Source: an uncultured bacterium (GTDB lineage Bacteria > Babelota > Babeliae > Babelales > JABCYS01). From it: a DNA stretch of 64,000 nt. A program made the position numbers and the translations under genes. How positions within the stretch are numbered: the stretch's first letter is position 1; each line of letters opens with the position of its first letter. The stretch is taken from positions 128,001 through 192,000 of the forward strand of contig CAVPKK010000005.1 of the NCBI GenBank assembly GCA_963705705.1. The letters are read 5' to 3'. Positions 53,181-63,833 of this stretch are shown in pieces. Below the pieces are notes generated by a model. The model was given only the letters and a program-made list of their open reading frames with translations. It had not been told where the DNA came from and did no database searches.

Positions 53181-53909
53181 ATGGAACTATATATCTACCT
53201 TCTTTTTGCCGGATTGGTGTTCATCGCAAATATCATAGCTACTATTACCGGCTTTGGATTAGCTACAATTTTATTGCCGGCGTTAGCAATGGTTATTCCT
53301 GCGCAGGAAGCCTTATATTTTTCGGCAGTCATTCATTTTGCCAATGATGCTTATCAGGCATTTTTATTTCGACATGCAGCAGTCAGTTGGTATCTCATAT
53401 TCTCATTTGGTTTTCCAAGCATTTTAGCAACAATCCTTGGTGCCTATGGAGCTGTGAGCATAGCGCCTGAATATTACAGCCATATTCTTGGCTTTTGCAT
53501 TATTGCCTATGCATTATTCGTTTTCGTGAGGCCAAACTGGCATATACAACCAACAACGACCAACGCTGTTGTGGGCGGTGCAACTTCAGGATTTACGGGT
53601 GGGCTTTTCGGCCTCAGCGGGATTATTCGTTCGGCATTTATGGTGGTCTTTTTTGGCAGCAAAGAAGCTTATCTTTTGGCGGATGGACTTATCGCGGGTG
53701 TAACAGATTTTGCTCGATTGACTGTATACACCCTTAAGCTTCCACTCAACCATGCATTGCTCATTGCGATAGCCTTGTCAGTACCCATAGCTTTTTTAGG
53801 AACCTATATTGGTAAACAGCTTGTATCACGATTGAATGAGAAACAATTTAAACGAATCGTTGCCATTGCTCTGGTATTGATGGGCCTTAAGATGATTATC
53901 GGAGGCTAA
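53181..53909 (+). CDS. TauE/SafE-family membrane protein
   Basis: ITGFG..ILLP, GATSGFTGGLFG, GTYIGK; ~8 TM helices. Confidence 0.8.
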   Translation: MELYIYLLFAGLVFIANIIATITGFGLATILLPALAMVIPAQEALYFSAVIHFANDAYQAFLFRHAAVSWYLIFSFGFPSILATILGAYGAVSIAPEYYSHILGFCIIAYALFVFVRPNWHIQPTTTNAVVGGATSGFTGGLFGLSGIIRSAFMVVFFGSKEAYLLADGLIAGVTDFARLTVYTLKLPLNHALLIAIALSVPIAFLGTYIGKQLVSRLNEKQFKRIVAIALVLMGLKMIIGG

Positions 53910-53913
53910 TGGC

Positions 53914-56332
53914 ATGCAATACGTACGCCGGTTTAAAGATATCAACATGTCCGACATCGGCGAAGTAGGCGGCAAAAATGCCTCACTTGGCGAGATGATT
54001 CAGCAATTGAGTGGTAAAGGAATAACGATACCTGATGGGTTTGCCATTACCGCGGATGCCTACTGGTATGTGATTAAGGAGAATAATTTGCTGCCTAAGC
54101 TAAAAAAATTGCTTGGCAAATTACAAAAAATAAAACATGTTTTGCATGCTGACTTAGCTATTGTCAAAGAAGTCAGCGCGCACGCTAGATTACTCATTGA
54201 ACGAGCAACATTGCCTGATGATCTAGCAACTCAAATTATTACTGCCTATAAAAAATTATCAGCTGGACGAGAACAAAGTGTCGCCGTTCGTTCATCTGCT
54301 ACTGCCGAGGATTTACCAGGTGCTTCTTTCGCCGGCCAGCAAGAGACTTATTTGAATGTGGTGGGAAGCGCAGAATTATTACAGGCCGTGATCAAATGTA
54401 TGGCTTCCTTATTTACCGAACGTGCAATTATTTATCGTATTGATAAAGGATTTGACCATTTCAAAGTTGCTGTTTCAGTTGGTGTACAAATAATGGTTCG
54501 TTCCGATCTTGGTGTATCGGGCGTTTCATTTTCAATTGATACCGAAACAGGTTTTAAGGATGTAATTGTTATCGAAGCATCTTATGGCTTAGGTGAAACA
54601 ATTGTCCAAGGCGAGGTCATCCCAGATCAGTTTTACATCCATAAGCCAATGCTTGCCCAAGGTTATCGCCCTATTATTCGAAAAACATTGGGTAGTAAAG
54701 ATATCAGACGAATATATGCAAAAGAAGGAGCTAAGACAGTAAAGGTTCCTGAGGAAATTGCAGCATCAATTTTGCCTAATCGATGATGAAATTTTATTAC
54801 TTGCGCGTCATGTAGCACAAATCGAGAAGCACTATTCAAATCTTGAAGGCCGCTGGCAACCAATGGATGTTGAGTGGGCCAAAGATGGTAATACTGGAAC
54901 TATCTACATTATTCAGGCACGCCCAGAAACAGTTTTCGGTTCCCGCAAAGCTTCTTCATTTTTAGCACAAGAACGGCTTGTTGCGCCGGCGGGGGTGAAA
55001 GTAATAACTACCGGCGAGAGTATTGGCCAAAAAATTGCCAGTGGTACTGCGCGAATCATTTCATCACCACAGGACATGAATCAAATAAAACCCGGTGATA
55101 TTCTTATTACCCATATGACCAACCCCGATTGGGTTCCCGTTATGAAGATTGCTGCCGGCATTGTAACGACGAATGGCGGGCGAACCTGCCACGCTGCAAT
55201 TGTTTCTCGGGAGCTCGGTATTCCTGCTATTGTTGGTGCTGTAGATGCCATGAAAACTATAAAAACGGGTGACCAAATCACCATTGATTGTAGTAAGGGG
55301 CAAACCGGATATGTCTATCCAGGGCTTTTGGATATTAAAAAAACGAGAATTGATATAAAAAAATTAAAAAAATCCCCGGTCGAATTGTTGCTCAATATAG
55401 CCATACCCGATGAGGCATTCATGCTATCCAGTTTGCCGGTCGATGGGGTGGGGCTTGCGCGCATAGAATTCACAATTGCCGATACTATTGGCATTCACCC
55501 AATGGCTATTTTGCAACCGAATAAAATCAAGAACAAAAAAATAATACACGAGATGGAAGAACGCGCTCATGGATATTCATCACTGCGCGATTTTTATATC
55601 GATAAACTAGCACAAGGAATCGGCACCATAGCAGCTGCCTTTTATCCAAGGCCAGTGCTTGTTCGTTTCTCAGATTTTAAAACTGATGAATATCATAATC
55701 TGTTAGGGGGCAACTATTTTGAGCAGAAAGAAGAAAATCCTATGCTCGGCCTTCGTGGCGCCTCACGTTATTATAATGAAAAATTTGCTGAAGCTTTTGG
55801 CCTGGAATGCGCTGCGATAAATAAAGCACGTCTTGAAATGGGCTTAAAAAATATTAATGTCTTGATTCCTTTCGTTCGTACCATCGATGAAGCACACAAA
55901 GTGCTTGCTTTAATGACCGAGCATGGATTGAAGCGCAAAGTGCAAGGATTAAAAGTTTTTATGATGGTTGAGGTGCCTGCTGATGTTTTTTGGCTTGATC
56001 AGGCAAGTAAATTGTTCGATGGTTTTTCCATTGGTTCAAATGACCTTACCCAACTCACATTGGCAGTAGATCGCGATTCGCCAAGCTTGGCCCCGTTGTT
56101 TGACGAGCGAGCTCAGCCGGTGCAAGAAATGCTCAAGCTTGCCGTTTGCGCAGCACGAAAAAATAAAAAATATATTAGCATCTGTGGTCAAGCTCCGTCA
56201 GATTATCCTGAATTGGCCAATTACCTGATTTGTTTAGGAATCAGCGCCATATCCCTAAATGAGGACGCAATTTTGCCTTTTCTTAAAAGAGGTCACACCT
56301 GTAAAAAGAAAAACAAAACATCGTGTGAATAA
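53914..56332 (+). pseudogene. ppsA: Phosphoenolpyruvate synthase, split by a 1-nt frameshift at ~54757
   Basis: VGGKNASLGE, AVRSSATAED in ORF1; DVEWA, QARPETV, GGRTCHAAI, FSIGSNDL, ICGQAPSD in ORF2; removing one A in GAGGAAATTG gives VPEELQHQFCL. Confidence 0.85.
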
Positions 56333-56436
56333 GCTTTTTTTGATATTTCAATACAAATTATGGTAGAAGAAATTAGTAATATTTTAAACTATTTAAGAGA
56401 TGAGAGTTTGTCGCATAGATTTATTACAAAAGGGTC

Positions 56437-56787
56437 ATGATGAATAGCCGCACAGCACAACAATTATTGCATTATACATACGGGCTTTTGCCAATAGTTG
56501 CCGGCCTGGATAAATTTTTCAATTACATTGTACATTGGGAAAAATACCTGAACCCTGCGATTCCTTCACATTTCCATACCACACCACTGATGGTAAACCA
56601 TGTTGTAGGAATCATCGAAATCTTGGCAGGATTATTGGTTCTATGGAAACCAAAAATAGGTGGCATTGTTGTTTCTCTTTGGCTGGTTCTAATTGCATTC
56701 GATTTAATCTCGATGCGTTTCTATGATATTGCCATTCGCGATCTTGCTATGGCCGTTGGTGCGTATGCGTTAGCACTGCTTTCATAA
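56437..56787 (+). CDS. DoxX-like small membrane protein
   Basis: PIVAGLDKFFN, VGIIEILAG, YDIAIRD. Confidence 0.65.
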   Translation: MMNSRTAQQLLHYTYGLLPIVAGLDKFFNYIVHWEKYLNPAIPSHFHTTPLMVNHVVGIIEILAGLLVLWKPKIGGIVVSLWLVLIAFDLISMRFYDIAIRDLAMAVGAYALALLS

Positions 56788-56818
56788 ATAATTAGCAGTT
56801 AAACACATGTTAATGATG

Positions 56819-57325
56819 CTATTGGACTAGCATAATCCCGGCCATTCCTGCCATGAGTAGATCTTCAATAAGCGTCACATAGGTCATAGGGATTTTAAAA
56901 ACGGTTCCAAGGCAGGCGCATTGAATTGATTCTTTCTTCGATAATGCATATGCAACGCCCGCTGCACTGATAAGCATAATGATACAGGTCAGGACATTCA
57001 CAAACATGAGATGCCAGCGAGCCAGGTATAAAACCCCCAGCCCTAATTCAACAAATGGATATGCATGCGCATAAAGTTTGCTTCTTTGCGCAATCTGATC
57101 ATACATGGAATATGCTTCAGCAAATGCGCTTAGATGCCAGATTTTAAAGCTGCCAAAGATTATAAAAAAGAAGCCCATGAAATCACGCATAAATTCATGT
57201 GTATTCCAAGCATGTAAACCAATTGGCCTAATACTGGAAAACAGCACAACAATCGAAACAATTAGTATCAGCGGCAAAAAGCTTTTAAAAGAATACTCGT
57301 CACCATGCGAATGTTCGTTTTTCAT
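56819..57325 (-). CDS. MauE/DoxX-family membrane protein
   Basis: FAEAYSMYD, YPFVEL, CACLGT, EDLLM. Confidence 0.75.
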   Translation of the reverse strand: MKNEHSHGDEYSFKSFLPLILIVSIVVLFSSIRPIGLHAWNTHEFMRDFMGFFFIIFGSFKIWHLSAFAEAYSMYDQIAQRSKLYAHAYPFVELGLGVLYLARWHLMFVNVLTCIIMLISAAGVAYALSKKESIQCACLGTVFKIPMTYVTLIEDLLMAGMAGIMLVQ

Positions 57326-57328
57326 TTT

Positions 57329-58018
57329 TTATTCCGCATGCGGCGTGTATTGGGCAATTTCGTAAATTCCCAGCTTTCGTTCCATTTCCGCTACTCTATT
57401 GACCATCTTTTCATATGCATGCTTGCCAAATTTCTCATTCTCAGTGTCTTCGAAAATATCAGTTAAGCGATTATATTCCTCTGCCGTTACTTGCGCTCGC
57501 ACCGCCGGGAAAAGTTCTGTATCTTCGCGGTTTTCATGCGGTCTATACATACCAACAAACCCTTTAAGGTCAGCTGCTAATTTTTGTATATTTTCAGAAT
57601 TATTATCAGTGCGGGCTATCCCTGCTCGATGAATGATCATGTAGGTGACTTTGCCACCAGCAGCATGTTGTTCCCGGAGCACCTGAGTTAGTTGAGCTAG
57701 GGGCAAACCTTTCTTTTCGAAAATGGTAAACAAATGTTTTTCTTCAAGTTTCTCATGATACTCATGGATGAAATCGCGGACAATGATTGCTGCATCAATA
57801 ACTAATTGATAATCGACTTTCTCTTTTTTCGAAATCTGATCTTCAACTTTTTCATAAATTCTAAGCACGCGATTCAGAATGCCATGTTCGCGCATAAGAT
57901 CTTCTGTGCATGGCACTTCTTGCCAGCAAGTTTTAAGTTCAACCCGCTTGTAATACAACACGCCAAGCGTAAGAGAAGAAGCCAATAAAACAGCAATAAT
58001 CAATGGTGATGCATTCAT
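57329..58018 (-). CDS. Hemerythrin/HHE-domain protein, N-terminally anchored
   Basis: LMREHG, YHEKLEE..LF, EQH, HENRED.ELFP. Confidence 0.8.
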   Translation of the reverse strand: MNASPLIIAVLLASSLTLGVLYYKRVELKTCWQEVPCTEDLMREHGILNRVLRIYEKVEDQISKKEKVDYQLVIDAAIIVRDFIHEYHEKLEEKHLFTIFEKKGLPLAQLTQVLREQHAAGGKVTYMIIHRAGIARTDNNSENIQKLAADLKGFVGMYRPHENREDTELFPAVRAQVTAEEYNRLTDIFEDTENEKFGKHAYEKMVNRVAEMERKLGIYEIAQYTPHAE

Positions 58019-58036
58019 CGAAATCTCCCTTTTGGG

Positions 58037-59485
58037 TTAGAAAAAATAATACCAAGCCGCCAGAAATCTAAAATTATCAACCGGGTGGGCATCGAATACT
58101 TTTGCTTTTGGTCCTACATGACCATACATAGCGCGCATATATTCCGCTTCTATGCCAAGCCAAAAATTCTTAAAGCGAACAACAACGCGCGGGGCAAGAC
58201 GCACTAGCCAATCAATAAAAATATCGGCCTTGCATTCATAGCCGCCAAAGACAACATCTTTGTATGAATGGAAATCAAATTGCCGAAATTCTGCAGGGTG
58301 GACAAGCGAATGGAGAGAGCCAAGGTTTTTGCCAAAACCTAAAAACAATCCTGGATCCCACCATACACCTTTGCCGAAATTAGTTGTATCCAAAACCGCG
58401 GGGTCAGATGATGTTTTTTCGATTGGATAGACTTCTGCCGGCGTTGGATCTGTACGGTGGATATCAAGCCAACAATTGATGGATTGAACTGGGGTATACG
58501 ACCGTTCGTCGGTGCAGGGATTAATATGCTTAATGGCATATGCGCCAAGCAAACCTTCGGCAGAGACATTTTGCCCATAAATAAGCTTCATGGTTGCGGT
58601 GACAGGTTTTTGATTGATTTGGAGCAACCAGAATGCCATTACCCCAGTCACTAATTCATGAACTTTAAAACACAGTTCACTTTCCAACCGTGGTTTTACG
58701 GTACGCACTTGTACTGCACCAATCATAAAGTGATCTTTCATTTTTTGACGCAGTTGCGCATAAATAAGTGGGATTTTTGCGTTGCGCAAGTATATGTTGC
58801 TTATTTTGGGAGGTCCGATGGGCGAACAGCCAACGCTGGAAAATTCATTAGCTTCTGACATTGCGCACAACATTAAGGAGGTCGAATGTAAAAAAAATTC
58901 CGCCCGCAATTGAGGCACTAATAAGAATGGTTCGAATGGTGATCCGGCGCTAAAAGCTACTGTTCTGGGAAAAGCATCAAGCACGAATGAAGGGCCAATT
59001 GCTTGTCCAATCTTGAAGGCCACGGTTGGCTTAGAATCCTCATCTTTCCATATGACATCCATGAAAGCGCCATATATCCGAGGGCTATTAATAACTCTAT
59101 TATCCGCGCCTGAAAAGTTCGCATCAAATTCGCCAGATACCCAGGGCCCGCATCCATGGCCTAATTGGACCGGTCGCGTTTGTAATGAGAGAAATGATTC
59201 AATAGCAAGGAAATTAAAATCGCCCACTGCGTTGATGTCGTGGTCATGTTTATCAGGGTCGCGATTCTTTGGAAATGCAAGATCATCGCCATCCCGGATT
59301 GCAACCACTTGGCGCGAATCCCAAAAAGCCGCATGCTTTACATTGCCCGTGAAATTAAAAAACTTACCAGGCGCCCACGGGATTTCGGCTATGGGGCCGG
59401 GAATATATTCAGCATTTAGCAGTGAGCATGAAGCTACGCAAATGAAAATATTCCTGAAAATGCGCATCGTTTTTTGCCAAGGCAC
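58037..59485 (-). CDS. Putative outer-membrane beta-barrel/porin
   Basis: Signal peptide, amphipathic strands, C-terminal aromatic WYYFF. Confidence 0.55.
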   Translation of the reverse strand: MPWQKTMRIFRNIFICVASCSLLNAEYIPGPIAEIPWAPGKFFNFTGNVKHAAFWDSRQVVAIRDGDDLAFPKNRDPDKHDHDINAVGDFNFLAIESFLSLQTRPVQLGHGCGPWVSGEFDANFSGADNRVINSPRIYGAFMDVIWKDEDSKPTVAFKIGQAIGPSFVLDAFPRTVAFSAGSPFEPFLLVPQLRAEFFLHSTSLMLCAMSEANEFSSVGCSPIGPPKISNIYLRNAKIPLIYAQLRQKMKDHFMIGAVQVRTVKPRLESELCFKVHELVTGVMAFWLLQINQKPVTATMKLIYGQNVSAEGLLGAYAIKHINPCTDERSYTPVQSINCWLDIHRTDPTPAEVYPIEKTSSDPAVLDTTNFGKGVWWDPGLFLGFGKNLGSLHSLVHPAEFRQFDFHSYKDVVFGGYECKADIFIDWLVRLAPRVVVRFKNFWLGIEAEYMRAMYGHVGPKAKVFDAHPVDNFRFLAAWYYFF

Positions 59486-59495
59486 TCAAAGTGCA

Positions 59496-61298
59496 TTATT
59501 TATAATATCCGGACCCGACCATAAACCACTCTTTCCCTTTTTCAACCTTTTCTATATAGACCATTTTCGTGGTATTGCGCGATTTGTATTGTATCCAACC
59601 TTTTCCATCTTCTCTGATGGTGGTCATAAAGGTATCAAAAACTGGTTTGCCAGCAGAATCTTTGTAATTTTTGAAATTTCTAAAAATAAGATCGTAATCC
59701 CATCCATAAGCCAAACAATCACCGAGTGGATTGAATACAAAAACTTCTAAATCTCCCTTAATAAAGGAACTTTTTTCGCTGCCAAATTCACGGAACGCTT
59801 CATGGTTTGGATGCGATCGTAAATATTCAGCTGCTCGTTTGACCAAGCGAAGTGTGCGTTCGCGTGCGCCGTATGGATAATAGCCACAGCCAATAACGTA
59901 GCTTCCTTGTTTATCCGTTACTTTCTCAACGTAGGAAACCTTCCATCCACCTTTGGAATCGTGCTCAATCCATCCGCCGCCTGCTTTGGCCTTAGCGATG
60001 ATTTCCCGCATAACATACTCACCAGTTATTGAGCGATCCTGAAATTGATTTTCGCCAACCCGATTTGGATCTTCGCCGTCTGCTAAAACCTTGCCATTAA
60101 ATGAATACATGAATACGGTAAGGTCACCAATATGAAAGTCTGGATTGTAATTAAAACGATCTATAACAGTGCGTCGGCCGCGCGCATTAAAATCTTTTAC
60201 TGCTCGTTTCACGATAGAAACTACTAATTCTGTATTATCGTTAGGATAATAACTACAACTAATGACGAATTTGTTACCATCTTTATCAGCAACCTGTTGC
60301 ACATAGGTTTCTTTCTTAGAACCCTGCATTTGATATGAAACCCAATGTTTACCGTCAGCTGCTGCCTTGAGCATTTCTCTGACAATAAATTTGCCTTCAT
60401 CATCCTTCATATCAAGAAAATTGCGACCAACAAAATCGGTATTATCGCCGTGAGCTACGCAATAACCTTTCATATCGTAGGCAACAATGTATAGATTCCC
60501 TTTTACAAACTTACCAACCTTATTATCGAACTCGCTAAAGGCATCCTCGCGACCATGCTTCTGAAATTCGGCAACGGCTGAGGCGATAAGGGCTTCAACT
60601 TCCGTTTTCTTCGTGCTTGGGTAGAAACCGCCGGCGATTACATATTGTTTGCCATTTTTTTCGATTAACTCTGCGTAGGTGGATTTGTAATGTCCTTTCC
60701 AGGCATAGTTAATCCAGCCTCCGCCCTGTTTTGCAGTATCAATAATGAGTTGGGTAACCTTAACTCCTTCATCATTTTCTTGATTCCAAACACTCGACCA
60801 GGTTTCAGCCGGATTGGAATGGGCATACACTAAACCATTGGTATCAATTACCAGCAATTCAGTTTCACCAAGCACAAATTGACGATCGTAAAGGATGGCT
60901 TTGAATGCTTCTTCTTCGCGATGAGTGAGCAGATAGTTTATGGCAGATTTTACCAACTTTATGATGGCGGTACGTTTTGCGTCGTAATCAACATGCAACT
61001 CTTTGAAATCTGCTAAAAATTCATGGGAAGAAATGTCGGCAGCTGTCGGCGCTGGTACTATTGGCGGTGCCTCTTCGCGCAAAGACTTCTCAGCTTTTTC
61101 TCTAGCGGCAAGCGCTTTTTGTTGGCGTAATTGTTGCGGCGTGCTAACCGGGACAGTTGCTTGCGTTACTTGTTCAGCAGTAACCTCAGGCACAGGTTCA
61201 AGATTTTCACTTCTAAGATCTGAAGATGGCGGTTGTGCCACTAAGGTAAATAGGCAAATAGGTAGTGCGAATAGGAATATATATCGTTGTAGCTTCAT
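59496..61298 (-). CDS. Secreted protein of four tandem single-Cache domains
   Basis: Four repeats of helix + F..G.L + D/NG + G.N...D..G + GGW..Y + GxY; signal peptide; no TM or output domain. Confidence 0.8.
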   Translation of the reverse strand: MKLQRYIFLFALPICLFTLVAQPPSSDLRSENLEPVPEVTAEQVTQATVPVSTPQQLRQQKALAAREKAEKSLREEAPPIVPAPTAADISSHEFLADFKELHVDYDAKRTAIIKLVKSAINYLLTHREEEAFKAILYDRQFVLGETELLVIDTNGLVYAHSNPAETWSSVWNQENDEGVKVTQLIIDTAKQGGGWINYAWKGHYKSTYAELIEKNGKQYVIAGGFYPSTKKTEVEALIASAVAEFQKHGREDAFSEFDNKVGKFVKGNLYIVAYDMKGYCVAHGDNTDFVGRNFLDMKDDEGKFIVREMLKAAADGKHWVSYQMQGSKKETYVQQVADKDGNKFVISCSYYPNDNTELVVSIVKRAVKDFNARGRRTVIDRFNYNPDFHIGDLTVFMYSFNGKVLADGEDPNRVGENQFQDRSITGEYVMREIIAKAKAGGGWIEHDSKGGWKVSYVEKVTDKQGSYVIGCGYYPYGARERTLRLVKRAAEYLRSHPNHEAFREFGSEKSSFIKGDLEVFVFNPLGDCLAYGWDYDLIFRNFKNYKDSAGKPVFDTFMTTIREDGKGWIQYKSRNTTKMVYIEKVEKGKEWFMVGSGYYK

Positions 61299-61324
61299 AA
61301 CAAATCTCCTTGGAATAAAAATCT

Positions 61325-62014
61325 TTATTCTTGGCGGCGTTGGCCAGTAAAGCTCAGTAAATAGAGGAACAAGTTGATGAAATCAAGATAGAGTGTAAGG
61401 GCGCCGATAACGGCGATTTTTTTCGAGGTCTCTTCATCTACAATTGCGTAACTTAAAGCTTTAATCTTTTGTACATCATAGGCGGTCAATAAACAAAAAA
61501 TCACTACACCAATGCCAGACATTACCAGATTAAACATCGGATTTCGTAAGAAAATATTTACTATTCCAGCAATGATTAAGCCAACTAACGCCATGAGTAA
61601 TAGATTGCCCATACCGCTCAGGTCGGATTTGGTGAAATAACCATACAATGCCATTGTGCCAAACATGCCCGCCGTTATAGCGAAGGTAAGGGCAAGAGAA
61701 CCAAGTTGGAAAACGACGAATAATGAGGAGAATGTTATTCCTGTCAGCAGTGAATACATGATAAACATGGCAAGAGCAGTGCTCGCTCGCATTCTATTTA
61801 CCATTGCGCTGAGCCCAATCACGAGTCCAAGTTGTGCAAACAAGAGAACGTAAAAAACCCACGTGTGGCTCACCAAATAAGTCATTATGCTTGGCGATGT
61901 TGCCACGGCAAATGCGGTGACTGCGCTGAGTAATAATGCCCCGCACATGAGACCGTAGACACGAGGGAGTAAGTTTGTTCGTGCAAAATGCACTGAAGTA
62001 TCGTGATATGCCAT
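61325..62014 (-). CDS. Bax inhibitor-1/YccA-family membrane protein
   Basis: VYGLM, TKSDLS, TAYDVQ, ALTLYLDFINLF. Confidence 0.93.
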   Translation of the reverse strand: MAYHDTSVHFARTNLLPRVYGLMCGALLLSAVTAFAVATSPSIMTYLVSHTWVFYVLLFAQLGLVIGLSAMVNRMRASTALAMFIMYSLLTGITFSSLFVVFQLGSLALTFAITAGMFGTMALYGYFTKSDLSGMGNLLLMALVGLIIAGIVNIFLRNPMFNLVMSGIGVVIFCLLTAYDVQKIKALSYAIVDEETSKKIAVIGALTLYLDFINLFLYLLSFTGQRRQE

Positions 62015-62322
62015 TGTATTTCTCCGCGAGTTAAAATCTTTGCAAAGTCACCAAAATTTTGCGAAGCGAGTCAGAAATTTTTTCCAGCGAGCGCAGCGCG
62101 AGATGGGTGACGACAGTCACCACTTCTAACATAGATTTTTGCTCTACGCAAGAGAAATTGAAAAGTGCCAACGCCATCTCTTGCGCTTTATGCAACCTAT
62201 GCGGTAAAGATAAATAGGAGATAAATTGTTATAAATGGTCGTTTGTTTTTACCCAAGCTTAGATGCGTAACAGCTTCTAGCTTAGAAAACATGGTCGGAA
62301 ACGATCAGTTTAGGAGATATTC

Positions 62323-63018
62323 ATGCAACGTTCGTCACTCTTAATTTTATTAAGCGCCGGCTCAATCTTTGCAGGTTCATGGCAAGATTCTGCAAGCCAA
62401 GGTGAAAAGCAAAAGGTCAATTTTTGCGGCCTTTTGCGTTCTACCGGCAACCCAACAGAGGCAATTAAAATTGAGAATGTTGGTATGCCATCGTATAAAC
62501 GAATTCAGGTATATGAAAAACCGGCTGATCCTACTGATCCATGTGTTGACCCACATAAAAGTTCAGCCGAGCTTAATTTTAAAGACATCGCCATGATCAA
62601 GCAGGTGGCAGCACCGGTAATTGTACAAAAGGAACGAGACCGAAATGATACAGGTTGTAATAAACCATATACCTTTAAGGGCCGCAAATATGTGGAAATT
62701 GAAGTAAAATTTAATGATATGGTGACTACAAAAAGCTTTTTAGTTGAAGATACGCGCCGTATTGTGTACGATGAAATTGTTGATGGCTTTTTGGTAAAGC
62801 ATAAAATTAACATCGGCGCTCTGGATTCTCTTGAAATTAAAGGATCTTATGAGACCAATGAGGGTGAGACCGATAAAGAGATCCCTGGTGCCCGCTGCAC
62901 AATGATTATTAGCGGACAAAAACCAGAGCCAGTGGTAGCAAATCCAAAGCTACCGAAAACAACAAAAGAATCTGAGCTTAAAACTATCAAAATCCCGGTA
63001 ACCAATTCTGGTAAATAG
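62323..63018 (+). CDS. Hypothetical secreted protein
   Basis: AGGAGA RBS, signal-like N-terminus; family not recognised. Confidence 0.7.
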   Translation: MQRSSLLILLSAGSIFAGSWQDSASQGEKQKVNFCGLLRSTGNPTEAIKIENVGMPSYKRIQVYEKPADPTDPCVDPHKSSAELNFKDIAMIKQVAAPVIVQKERDRNDTGCNKPYTFKGRKYVEIEVKFNDMVTTKSFLVEDTRRIVYDEIVDGFLVKHKINIGALDSLEIKGSYETNEGETDKEIPGARCTMIISGQKPEPVVANPKLPKTTKESELKTIKIPVTNSGK

Positions 63019-63030
63019 AGGAAAAACATC

Positions 63031-63816
63031 GTGATTACCAAACGCTCTTTGTTCATATTGGCAGTTTTGAATTTAACTCTTTTTGCAAAGTCACCATTTA
63101 TTGCAAAGGCCGACCTTTTAGATCAAGAAAATGAACAACATTCCATAGAGCAAGAACTTGCACAAACCAAACGCGAACTTGCCCAGGCGCAAAGCCAAAT
63201 AAAAGAGTTGCAAAAACAACTTGAATCGGCACAAACTTATCCGTTGATGGATACCATTTACGTTGGGGCAAATGGTTTTTTAATTCCACAGCAAGAAAAA
63301 GATAGTATTTCAACACGCGGCGGCGCTCCGACGTATGGTGAAATTAAATATCCATCACTCCAAACGTTGCTCAATGATCTTAATATCAAAGAAGATGACG
63401 TTTTTTATGATTTAGGCTCAGGCGTGGGCAAAACAGTTATTCAAGCTCATCTCAACTTTCCGTTTAAAAAAACGGTCGGCATAGAACTTGCACCAACGCG
63501 TCATAAGCAGGCCGAGGCTGTAGCTGACAAGCTGAAGAATAGAATGCTGGAGTTTAGGCAAGATGACATGCTTGAAACCGATTTGTCTGATGCCACAGTA
63601 ATTTATCTGTGTTCTACTTGTTTTTCTGATGAATTAATGAACAAGCTGCTTAATAAATTTGCTAAGCTTAAGAATGGATTAGTTGTTATTACGCTGAAAG
63701 AACTACCTGATCGCTACCCATCGGCCGGATTTGAATTGGTTAAAAAATATAACCTGCCAATGAGCTGGTCTGCGGGTAACACAGTTCATGTGTATAAGCT
63801 AACAAAGAATATATAG
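63031..63816 (+). CDS. DOT1-like class I SAM methyltransferase with signal peptide and coiled coil
   Basis: TYGEI, DDVFYDLGSGVGK, GIEL, ATVIY.CSTCF. Confidence 0.75.
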   Translation: MITKRSLFILAVLNLTLFAKSPFIAKADLLDQENEQHSIEQELAQTKRELAQAQSQIKELQKQLESAQTYPLMDTIYVGANGFLIPQQEKDSISTRGGAPTYGEIKYPSLQTLLNDLNIKEDDVFYDLGSGVGKTVIQAHLNFPFKKTVGIELAPTRHKQAEAVADKLKNRMLEFRQDDMLETDLSDATVIYLCSTCFSDELMNKLLNKFAKLKNGLVVITLKELPDRYPSAGFELVKKYNLPMSWSAGNTVHVYKLTKNI

Positions 63817-63833
63817 CCCTTCAGGAGCCTCCC

